The translations under genes and the position numbers were made by a program. The notes below the pieces were generated by a model, which was not told where the DNA came from, searched no databases, and saw only the letters and a list, made by a program, of their open reading frames with translations. From contig JADGBR010000001.1 in assembly GCA_015231405.1 (NCBI GenBank), positions 385,762-449,761 of the forward strand: a stretch of DNA of 64,000 nt. The letters are read 5' to 3'. This DNA comes from Candidatus Omnitrophota bacterium (lineage in GTDB: Bacteria > Omnitrophota > Gorgyraeia > Tantalellales > Tantalellaceae). Positions 57,401 through 64,000 of this stretch are shown piece by piece (positions within the stretch are counted from its first letter, which is position 1; the number at the start of each line of letters is the position of its first letter).

Positions 57401-58232
57401 GGAGAGATCTCTTAAGTTTGTCCATGAGGCTGTATTGTTCCGAATCGGCCTTTTTAAAATTCACTTTTTCTTCCATTTCAAGGGTCATGGCAAGAGTGTT
57501 CAGGTTGCTGAAACTGCTGATATCTATCTTATTTTCGGAACATTTTTTTATAAGAAGATGCAGGTAATTCTTGAGTTCCAGGTCGCCGGCCCTGTATTTG
57601 GCGTAATTAGAATCGATCTCCATAAGCTCCGGGGCATAAAGCTGTTTTTTGAACGCATCCAGCGCGGCCGTGATCATGGAAAGATATCCGTCGACTTTAT
57701 CCTTATACGAGAGAGAATCCCTGTAGACTTTAAGGTTCTTGAGATAGAGTTCCTTTTCCTCAACGCCCCAGAGTTCGGATTTTTCAGGGTTCATTATGGC
57801 GTAAAGTTCAGCGCCGTTGACCTGGCCTTTTTTAACAAAATAATCGGCAACTTCTTTTCTGAGGACAGGCTCGGGGATAGACGTGAAAACATTGAGATTA
57901 TATTCACCGGCGCCTCCTTCCATATTGATGGACTTCATGCCATATTCGCTGACAAAATAATCTATAATGTTAAAGATCTTATTTTGAGCGAAGAAATTAC
58001 AATGGGCGTCCTGTATGTGTATGATCACCTTATCGGAATCGCATTTGTTGAGGTAACGTACCTCCCCAAGATGCGGCGGGACATTGATTGTGTCAACATC
58101 AAGGAACGATGTTACCGATGTACTTTCAGCCAGAGGGGTAAGCTCGGGATTTGACATTTGTGCCGGGCTTTGGCCGGTCAGTAATGCCAAGATCGTGATA
58201 AAAGTAATGATAGAACGGAAATATTTTCTCAT
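51441..58232 (-). CDS. Exported capped protein: HIQDAHC N-domain, zincin motif, three FHA domains, C-cap (2263 aa)
   Basis: Signal peptide, HIQDAHC (57999-58019), TGGFH (56817-56831). HELGH (55512-55526) with downstream NELFA. Three SRxH..D..S.NGT FHA signatures (~52965-53860). Ends EVLRSL. Confidence 0.88.
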   Translation of the reverse strand: MRKYFRSIITFITILALLTGQSPAQMSNPELTPLAESTSVTSFLDVDTINVPPHLGEVRYLNKCDSDKVIIHIQDAHCNFFAQNKIFNIIDYFVSEYGMKSINMEGGAGEYNLNVFTSIPEPVLRKEVADYFVKKGQVNGAELYAIMNPEKSELWGVEEKELYLKNLKVYRDSLSYKDKVDGYLSMITAALDAFKKQLYAPELMEIDSNYAKYRAGDLELKNYLHLLIKKCSENKIDISSFSNLNTLAMTLEMEEKVNFKKADSEQYSLMDKLKRSLPRNQTQELAVKTLEYKQKVVTLKTFYAYLLGKASELRFDLGEYPSLTRYVDYINAYESVDRSRLMDEISGLETALKNRLFTDEDIKKLDRLSMDLSLLKNMFAFKLTRSDYRFYVDNKNSITASVFTDFIKRAANKYAVATPDLSGIEALDGYIGEITAFFEYSFSRDETFLANLKFDDIYGGKKAAILFTGGFHTENLARLFRENNISYISVIPKFQSDEGYKNPYFDLLAGFSTDIQLAIKPALSEIAMIAVASHLSTLGVEVWGGEGMDLFQVAVKIVKEMARIRAENLDKNEIALVANEAVIASIGQGERLEITIPEILARIDNSPEISPAELGTISGGYLPQEITDWFNDSDNLLKEWQIDKDVVRVTTERFALMFENGKPMKLTTALKTALTADEYGKVSLKLYDYQTLLTSGQPGAIQQVFKLFRSNVESSDKYIIGYKSALAIDFIEHLIETGDMDLLDEYLLHEVLENTSLGNSFPGDPKRRSGHRRIIEFTTPYYHPGISIDTPSGQTPLGKALREFIDNKAKMKVLDDHGILPDGDDIAVSMIGGKHPFTGQFYMGINSKGKGMGSEVKKVIPESLVTLLVGEIKNKGLSVSGDMSYDPISNRMGVSEYPIVFPHELGHVAFLNWLGPIPDRERFIKGNFGMITDSTPVLGVADVPVKVEEFRDIVGAHDRQRLTEFPLTWGNSLNELFAHNIERLTYGAPFLVCKDRGRGGIITTKYLLDFYRTSGFITDAERDHYLELYRRMNGIEARPTLGTGQGAVEYYAGVTPTETGSGYHISPDYIRESFLQTKIINYEKKLGRELTVIEELALRLEDSISPMKVAEVEGWVKTGRIDEILNLLSDGGFHLSDISKPHEGPDPDKQQFWKVRDISIPSQYIFLQKFMGHVKADSDIPFNRYSSANAYLSLNSAMKQDGKIADEDMDKGWSSPVSDVSLDMDSDSVNLLVEGTVMGERLNNIRPNMTVDQLSELAIYYGLEPPVLKNRENVLALRIDLAKAQLLWAVERNLISHQGLILLHEKYHRTGRAIIAGKSDDLALTTRRAITSFVSVYNDIYDWTMRHQLVADVLARLDNDPGSVSNTIMERALSLALLPVMPLNPQPGLSFDMHRSDTSSMIPRLITLNNDSDEIHFTISGKNADAPENEICSITAGAANVRMLRIGNENHTIEFNTPITIGNNFNNAEPNRYPRNSPGISRNHLMLTFYMLDGKILVKVTDRGSLNGTRMTVPKITSVLNPDEVSDLDDGIWYKAKNDRDLTDPAKDRINPVIDPKRVKFGNFILHFYGNRIVLTKLSRPGVILDSLSISEALKDGQELTIGRKGDIFRTHFVTELSVSREHFKLRRYGDTIILTDLESRNGTFTDKPTQWKRIAVGNIAPNPRFVKIGASRSAPVIEIISVMRDRASGNVEAVIRKGKERNVITGIGRILIGRDSEQIMVTHRQASREHCEIIPGSTDGWIVNDLNSRNGTFIPDPVYTEGANSENHSLIGKVFVNGVLKTGGFAVERPSDTLLTVKSTSGDNMEAIELSIPKDIPEKPTKEIIDTIQALLSKKGRSTLTEKDRKIVEKLITSLGSVSRAVPIDHMEENDANNDLKGIIDKNTGVIYLNRDLIDDPLALIHELGEGFIELPEGAEFAKMTRHTFMRGVGKDVRIAYATLLKEISPEGLKKLGIDDFIAELREKIKLTRPLGMSDSEEALIRYNSSQEHKILDASPKKEWLFGLQDHIDPDANQAFTLKLMSMRGDMLKGTVNIHLIRSPNPEMASVQTTIDQEFRRKADKNDKIKDQVIHFDDNPDNDLATRLKYAIDDLAMKAIARDKTSYPKITVDCITDSDKLTVKEVLSGYSPDIQNMVIIMYDPVDAATLSTYKPDEAKIIAVGDILCADSRIIAGEVNYNEAEKARILKKHMLFLNSCRFFEMNTESSDLIDNLDNVTDVTELNGILNTLFNKVFQGTIRMQITRINYQEIADWDEAQKEVLRSL

Positions 58233-58335
58233 ATAAAATTAGTCCATTAAATATACAGGTAGACTCATAATCAAGTTTACTGATGAAAAAGAATAAAACA
58301 AAATAAATATATAACTATTTTAAAGACTAACGATA

Positions 58336-59166
58336 TTACTTTTGTTGAAGGACAAGTGAATTGTTTTCGGGGTCGATCTTGATGTGAAAATCCCTTAAAA
58401 AAGACATTCCGAGAAGACCGTCATGGTCAGTGTTCGAGGAAGTCTTTTCGATCATAATGGCGGCTTTGACATTTTGAGAGGAAACGTTCCCTACCTTGAT
58501 CGACACTAATTGGATCGGGAGGCATTGGGCCGTGCTTTTGTCAGCGAGTTGTATCGAGATAGGCTTTTCACCTTTTGTGTCCATATGAAGCTTTTCGGCT
58601 ATATAAGGCGAAATAACGACGATGCTGGCTCCGGTGTCAAGTAAAAGTCTTGCCTCTACCCTGTTGTTAATAAGGGCGGTCACGATTATTCTCGAGCGGT
58701 CAGTGTACCTGATAGTGGTAGAGGACCTATGCGCGGCCTCAAGATCGAAGAACCGCTTAAAATATTCGTTCTCGGTCACTTTACGTAACGCGGATTTTTC
58801 CTTACTGTTATCGGTGCTGTAAAATTTCCAGTCACTGATCAAGGCTTCTTTTTGGCGCGAATCTGACGGGGTAATGATTTCAACGATATCTTCTTTTGAA
58901 ATGGATGTTTTGCCGTAACCCAGGTCCAGGATCATTCCCGTATCTTTTTCTTCTTCAATGACGCCGAATATCTTCCCTCCGCTTTTAAGTTTTACTATAA
59001 CGACGTTCAGATCTTCCATGAGGGAAATTTTCTTATCCGTAAGGCTGTCGACTTTTTTCGAATAGAAATAATCATTTAAGAACGTCAATATCGGGGCTTT
59101 GAATTCTATAAAGACCAAAAGAGACAGGATAGTAAGTAGCAAAAATAATCTTAAGAATTTAACCAT
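58336..59166 (-). CDS. Membrane-anchored retropepsin-like (clan AA) aspartic protease
   Basis: LLDTGAS catalytic motif, DGLLGMSFL, and an N-terminal hydrophobic anchor. Confidence 0.9.
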   Translation of the reverse strand: MVKFLRLFLLLTILSLLVFIEFKAPILTFLNDYFYSKKVDSLTDKKISLMEDLNVVIVKLKSGGKIFGVIEEEKDTGMILDLGYGKTSISKEDIVEIITPSDSRQKEALISDWKFYSTDNSKEKSALRKVTENEYFKRFFDLEAAHRSSTTIRYTDRSRIIVTALINNRVEARLLLDTGASIVVISPYIAEKLHMDTKGEKPISIQLADKSTAQCLPIQLVSIKVGNVSSQNVKAAIMIEKTSSNTDHDGLLGMSFLRDFHIKIDPENNSLVLQQK

Positions 59167-59181
59167 AGTTTTATATTAGTA

Positions 59182-59210
59182 AGTATGCGTTATAGTTATG
59201 CCGGGGTCAA
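59182..59210 (-). promoter_or_regulatory. Candidate sigma70 promoter of the aspartic protease gene
   Basis: Minus strand reads TTGACC, 17 bp, CATACT, 15 nt upstream of the ATG. Confidence 0.45.
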
Positions 59211-59313
59211 GTTGTTCCGGGATAGACGCAGGCGTATTACGAAAATATATTGAATAAATGAGCGAATGAAATACAATATGAAAAACAATAATCGGTAGTA
59301 TCCTTACAATACA

Positions 59314-61524
59314 ATGAAAATATCAATGTTTCTATTTTTGTCGCTTATCTGTTCATCAGCGTATGCCGGAGATGCGTCTCAGCCATTGATCGGCGAAGTG
59401 AAGGTTTGTCCTTCGCCGTTCCTGCTGGCTAACGGTAACAGGTTCCGTGAGGGGCTTTTCCCCCGATATGAGAAGATGGAGATAGAAGCCGAGGTCAAAG
59501 GTGAATTTAAGAACCCATATGATTACGAAGAAATAGAGGTAAAGGCTATTATCAAAAGCCCGGACAATAATATAGCCAATGTCCTGGCATTCCCCAGCGG
59601 CCAGGGGGCAAAATGGACCGTGAGATATACGCCACTTCTTACCGGTAAGTATGTATTTCACGTGGAAGTCAAAACCTTAGGCTCTTTAAAGTCGTCCGGT
59701 CCCGGTTCATTCGAAGTAAAACCGGGATACGGCAACGGTTTCCTCAGGAAGAGTCCGCATAACGACCGTTATCTTGTATTCGATTCAGATAGGACATTCT
59801 TCGGGCTTGGGCATAATATAGCCTGGGTAAAAGATAATGACCCCGGAAAATTCGAGGATTATTTCAAGAAATTCAAAGATAACGGTTGTAATATTTCGCG
59901 TGTTTGGATCAATTCTCCATGGACTATTAAGATCGAAACGGAAAAACTCTACCGTTACAACTTAGATGACAGTAATAAGATGGACGCGGTCCTTGAACTG
60001 GCCAGGAAATACGGGGTTTACCTTATAGTGTCACTCGACTCGTACGGAACTTTAATGAACGAGCCGGGTCAGTGGAAAGAAGGCAGTTGGGACAAAAGCC
60101 CATACAGTAAGAAGATGGGAGGCCCATGCGCGGTGCCGCCGGGATTTTTCCTTAACAAAGAAGCGCTGAAAGCCTACCGCAACAGGCTGGAATATATTAT
60201 TGCGAGGTGGGGATATTCCCCGAATATCCTCGCGTTCGAGATATTTAATGAGGTCAACTGCCCTCCCGAATGGCTAAGAGATACAACCCGTTACATCCGT
60301 TCCATAGACCCATTCGGCCATCTTATTACCACAAGCATGAAGAACTCATGCGAATCTACGGATGCCAGCGTGGAAATATGGAATTCCACTTCAGTGGATC
60401 TCATTGAAAGACATGTTTATGCCAACGAAATTAATGAGAATATCACCGGGGATATTATATCAGTAAACAACGAATATGCCCTTAAGTATAAAAAACCTTT
60501 TCTCGTCGGTGAATTCGGCATGAACTCGGGTATGGACGACTCAAGGAACGACCCCGACGGTAAAGCCATCGAACTGCATAATAGCATATGGGCAGCCTCA
60601 CTTTCCGGGTCATTCGCTTCGGCGCTTAACTGGTGGTGGGACGGTTATGTAATGGGAAAAGACCTTTATCCGCACTACAAGGCGCTCAGAAAATTCCTTG
60701 AAGGAACAAAATGGGATGCTAAGAACGCCGGCCCGGTGGAAATATCCCCCGTTATGATCGAAACAGGCAAGAAGAAACAAACCGGATATGATGATATAAC
60801 CATCTATCCGGTAAAGGAATGGGGCAGTATGAAGTACAAGGAGTTCACCATCCGGAACAACGGCGATATTTCGGGAGGAAGCCTGAATTATTATCTGCAG
60901 GGGGTATCCAATAGCGAAATAAAGATCAACCATATACTTAAACTGAATTTCCCCAAGGAAGGCAAACTGATCCTTAACGTGGATATGGTCTCCCGGGGCG
61001 GCAAATTGACGGCGTACCTTGACGGTGTTAAAGCGGCTAGTGTTACCTTTCCCGTTGGGCCGGGCAGCGGTCCATGGAAGAAAAGCGTATACCTCAAGGA
61101 ATATGACGTCTACCAGTGTGAATACGATAAGAACATAGAGATCATCGTGCCTAAGGGGGAACACAGGCTAAGGTTAATGAATTCCGGGGAGGACTGGATT
61201 GGGATAAAGTCAATAAAATTGACGGATTACCTCTCTGGATCATACGCAAATGCCAGGATCACCGGGATATCCGTCGGCGATGAGAGATTGTATTGGATAC
61301 AGAACCGTGATTCAAACTGGCGTGAAAAGGGGCAATTGAACGAAATAAAGAATGCGTATTTTGATATTAAGGGTGGTTTTAACGGACAATACACGGTCGA
61401 ATGGTGGGACACGTATAAGGGGATCGTAACTTCCAGCGACACAGCCTGGGCGGTCAAAAGTTCACTACGCGTCAATATCCCGTCTTTTACAAGAGATATC
61501 GCCTGCAAAATAAGGAGATCATAA
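59314..61524 (+). CDS. Secreted clan GH-A glycoside hydrolase (GH5-like, DUF5060-type N-domain, C-terminal beta-sandwich/CBM-like modules)
   Basis: Signal peptide, NPYD..WTVRYTP N-domain, IIARWGYSPNILAFEIFNEV (acid/base Glu), PFLVGEFG (nucleophile), WWWD. Confidence 0.85.
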   Translation: MKISMFLFLSLICSSAYAGDASQPLIGEVKVCPSPFLLANGNRFREGLFPRYEKMEIEAEVKGEFKNPYDYEEIEVKAIIKSPDNNIANVLAFPSGQGAKWTVRYTPLLTGKYVFHVEVKTLGSLKSSGPGSFEVKPGYGNGFLRKSPHNDRYLVFDSDRTFFGLGHNIAWVKDNDPGKFEDYFKKFKDNGCNISRVWINSPWTIKIETEKLYRYNLDDSNKMDAVLELARKYGVYLIVSLDSYGTLMNEPGQWKEGSWDKSPYSKKMGGPCAVPPGFFLNKEALKAYRNRLEYIIARWGYSPNILAFEIFNEVNCPPEWLRDTTRYIRSIDPFGHLITTSMKNSCESTDASVEIWNSTSVDLIERHVYANEINENITGDIISVNNEYALKYKKPFLVGEFGMNSGMDDSRNDPDGKAIELHNSIWAASLSGSFASALNWWWDGYVMGKDLYPHYKALRKFLEGTKWDAKNAGPVEISPVMIETGKKKQTGYDDITIYPVKEWGSMKYKEFTIRNNGDISGGSLNYYLQGVSNSEIKINHILKLNFPKEGKLILNVDMVSRGGKLTAYLDGVKAASVTFPVGPGSGPWKKSVYLKEYDVYQCEYDKNIEIIVPKGEHRLRLMNSGEDWIGIKSIKLTDYLSGSYANARITGISVGDERLYWIQNRDSNWREKGQLNEIKNAYFDIKGGFNGQYTVEWWDTYKGIVTSSDTAWAVKSSLRVNIPSFTRDIACKIRRS

Positions 61525-61531
61525 TAAAATA

Positions 61532-62131
61532 TTACGGCAAAGAAGCCATTTTTTTGTAATCTATCTTATCGGCGTATTCAAGAAGTTCATTCTGTGAGAG
61601 CATTCTTCCGCTTAAGGTTATCAAGAAACGGTTGTTGATAACGATATTGATATCCCCGTTCCCTGTTTGAGGGTCATATTTAACTATCGCCTGTTCCCCT
61701 TTTATCCTGGAAAGCTGGGCGCCGGAGGCAGTTAGGATCATCGGATTTGACAGCATCATCATTATGCTTTGCACCATCGGGGAGTCCGTGACGATCTTTA
61801 TCTGAACAAAACTGATCCCTTTCTGATAGGATCTTTCCGCGAAAACTCCTCCGCCCAAGAGCGCCGCTGACACGCTTTGTGATGATGGGAATGAGGCCGT
61901 CCAACCGTTAAGCGGCTCAGGTAAGTAAGTTTCAAGGGTCGATCCGCGTTTCTGCCGTATCAACTGCGAAGCGTAATCGAGATCTGAGGCCGCGGTCATA
62001 AAATCGCCTTTTTTATACTCATTAACAGCTTTTTCAACAGTTGTAAGGATTTCATCGGCAAAGCAGATAGATGACAAAGAAAACATGAAAATGATCACGG
62101 TGGTTATCTTAAAAACATTTGAAAATACCAT
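61532..62131 (-). CDS. Exported hypothetical protein
   Basis: 199 aa, AGGAGG RBS, signal peptide ending SICFA. Confidence 0.75.
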   Translation of the reverse strand: MVFSNVFKITTVIIFMFSLSSICFADEILTTVEKAVNEYKKGDFMTAASDLDYASQLIRQKRGSTLETYLPEPLNGWTASFPSSQSVSAALLGGGVFAERSYQKGISFVQIKIVTDSPMVQSIMMMLSNPMILTASGAQLSRIKGEQAIVKYDPQTGNGDINIVINNRFLITLSGRMLSQNELLEYADKIDYKKMASLP

Positions 62132-62569
62132 TTTTTCCTCCTTGTGATATTACGTTCCACTACATACAACATGATATTAGCATTAAAAGTTCCGTTGGTA
62201 AAGTCCAGAATTTTGGTGCACGGTGTAAGACTCCGGGACACTATAAGGCTAAATGCATACCAACTTAAGGGAGGCATCAGAAGAATGGGTGAAAACGTTA
62301 GGAAACTATCTTTTGGAATAGTGCTTCGTGAGTAGATACCATTTGATCTTTTGGCAGATCCTATAAGGAACATGGTACTTAAAGCCTGTTTCCCCGCCGA
62401 GAATTTCTAAAAATCTGTAAATCGTCATAGTCATCTTATAAATTTATTCCGATAGTTCACTACAATGGATACAATATGATATAAGTATATTGTGATTGTA
62501 GCGTACATGCAAGGTTAAACTATCCATAAACACTTAGTTAGGGGAAAAAACACTTATAAAAATATGTTT

Positions 62570-62604
62570 AAAAAAAGGGGCAATGCCGTTACCGGCATTG
62601 CCCC
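62570..62604 (-). terminator. Rho-independent terminator
   Basis: Perfect 12-bp stem GGGGCAATGCCG/CGGCATTGCCCC with a 4-nt loop, followed on the minus strand by a T7 tract, 20 nt after the stop at 62625. Confidence 0.85.
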
Positions 62605-62624
62605 CGGATCGCGCCTCCTTTGTT

Positions 62625-63998
62625 TTATTTATTTTTAGTTTGAGAGTTCATTAAAGCCGGGTCGATCAACTGGGTGCTAGCCTCTTTTTTTGACTTGACG
62701 TCCCACGCTTGTTTCATCGCGATCACGTTCTTAAATTGATTTCTTCTTATCACCTCTGTTTTGCGTGATATAGTTTTATCATCCCCTAACATTACTTTAT
62801 CAGTATTTACGTCATTGACAATTTGATCTTCAGACTTTGCCGTCGCGTTGGAATTTTCAGATAGCTTTAATCTTTCCGCCGCAGTCTCGTCAAAAGTCGT
62901 TTGCTCGGTTTGAAGGGCTTTTTCATCTCCATCCAACACCGCTTTCTGATCGTTGTAATTGATCACATCGTACCAGGGATAGTAAGCCGGCATTTCGCCT
63001 TCGGTTACTTCGTTCATATTTTCCAGCTCGCCGTCTTCGTTATAGAAATACTCCCCTTTTAACACATACTCTTTCTCTCCGCTCTCGTTGTAACCGGTAT
63101 AGTCGATATTGACCTTTTTAAGTTTGCCTGTATCCGCGTCTCTTTCTATATCAACTTTGAGGTCATATTCGTAGCTGGCATAGGTCGGCAGAGACGGGTG
63201 ATCGTCCCTTTGTTTTTCGGACGGGAAATATTTATCGAGGATCACGTAATCACCTTTTCTGGCGGCACCGTCCTCGTACTGAAGCCAGAATGGAGAGTAT
63301 GACTGCGGATCCCCGGGTTTTATGGTTGATGGGTCCTGGATCACGGGATATCCGGCAAGGGGGTCAAATTCCAAATTCTCACCGCCGTACAGGTAAAGGT
63401 CTATAGGAAGTTTTTCGATGTAGTACGGATATCCGTCATTTTCCCTTCCCCTCTTATGAGTTTCAACATGAGAGACTTTCGTTTGGGCGACGCCGTCAAC
63501 GATTATGGTTTCGTATTCCTGATGGGTGTTCATAGTCCAGTCGATACTGGCCCACATTTCTGGACGTTCCCAGGGTCTGCCGCTCCACCATGAACTTGTG
63601 GTTACCTGAATGCCGGCATATGTGGCGCTTTTCACCGTGCCGTCCTCGTTGTAAAGATATTCACAATCCTCGGTCTTTTTGACCTCTCCTCTCCTGGCGT
63701 AATATCTGTCAAGAAGAACAGCCTGATCATTGCCGGTTTCAAGCGGGAGGATCGTTCCCTTATCATAGATGTCATAGAAATTACGGAAAGAGCCCCGGGT
63801 AGTCTCTTTATGGTAATTCGTAAGGTTTTCGTTCTGGTCGTAATTGAACTGGGAGAAAGACGCGCGTGATCCGTCAGTGTTATAGCTCTGGGATGTCCAC
63901 TGCATAAGCGTCTTGTTGTCGGAATAGTAGGCCATGGTCTCTGATGTTTCCATATACGGCATATTCCCCTGAGAATGGTATCTTGAATTATTACTTAC
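62625..63998 (-). CDS. Hypothetical acidic, Tyr-rich protein with YNEDG-like repeats, 5'-truncated by window edge
   Basis: Frame stays open past the ORF-track Met (63962) to the window end (VSNNSRYHSQGNM). Repeated YNTDG/YNEDG/YNESG motifs. Confidence 0.7.
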   Translation of the reverse strand, partial: VSNNSRYHSQGNMPYMETSETMAYYSDNKTLMQWTSQSYNTDGSRASFSQFNYDQNENLTNYHKETTRGSFRNFYDIYDKGTILPLETGNDQAVLLDRYYARRGEVKKTEDCEYLYNEDGTVKSATYAGIQVTTSSWWSGRPWERPEMWASIDWTMNTHQEYETIIVDGVAQTKVSHVETHKRGRENDGYPYYIEKLPIDLYLYGGENLEFDPLAGYPVIQDPSTIKPGDPQSYSPFWLQYEDGAARKGDYVILDKYFPSEKQRDDHPSLPTYASYEYDLKVDIERDADTGKLKKVNIDYTGYNESGEKEYVLKGEYFYNEDGELENMNEVTEGEMPAYYPWYDVINYNDQKAVLDGDEKALQTEQTTFDETAAERLKLSENSNATAKSEDQIVNDVNTDKVMLGDDKTISRKTEVIRRNQFKNVIAMKQAWDVKSKKEASTQLIDPALMNSQTKNK

Positions 63999-64000
63999 GA

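Noticed and set aside
1733-61904. Numerous 60-260 aa antisense and alternative-frame ORFs inside the large genes (e.g. 31740-32357, 36604-37341, 42501-43292, 57435-58154)
   Set aside because: Shadow ORFs of long coding sequences, with Ser/Phe/Pro-rich composition and no recognisable motifs.
62104-62373. Short ORFs on both strands upstream of the 199-aa gene
   Set aside because: No motifs or RBS, and the region reads as AT-rich intergenic sequence.

Overview
Bacterial window dominated by very large signal-peptide-bearing modular proteins. This pattern is typical of Ca. Omnitrophota (OP3), but the lineage is inferred, since no marker gene is present. Five loci (5110 aa, a 741-codon gene split by one in-frame TAA, 6162 aa, 1992 aa and 2263 aa) share a conserved N-terminal cap and a conserved extreme C-terminal cap around unrelated cargo. 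The cargoes are two midasin/Rea1-like six-AAA+ plus VWA machines with alternating dead and live ATPase modules, WD40 propellers, an Mpv17/PMP22-like membrane domain, duplicated RyR-like domains, three FHA domains and zincin motifs. This looks like a polymorphic exported-effector family with its own sorting signal. Genes converge at about 44.2 kb on a 28-bp dif (XerCD) site, which is preceded by a 39-40 bp tandem repeat and two hairpins built from XerC-like half-sites and followed by an MNT/HEPN toxin-antitoxin pair. Also present: a BACON/Ig-repeat protein, an SDR, a retropepsin-like protease, a clan GH-A glycoside hydrolase, a ~155-nt structured intergenic element, and genes truncated at both window edges. 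All domain calls come from motif reading by eye, not from database searches.
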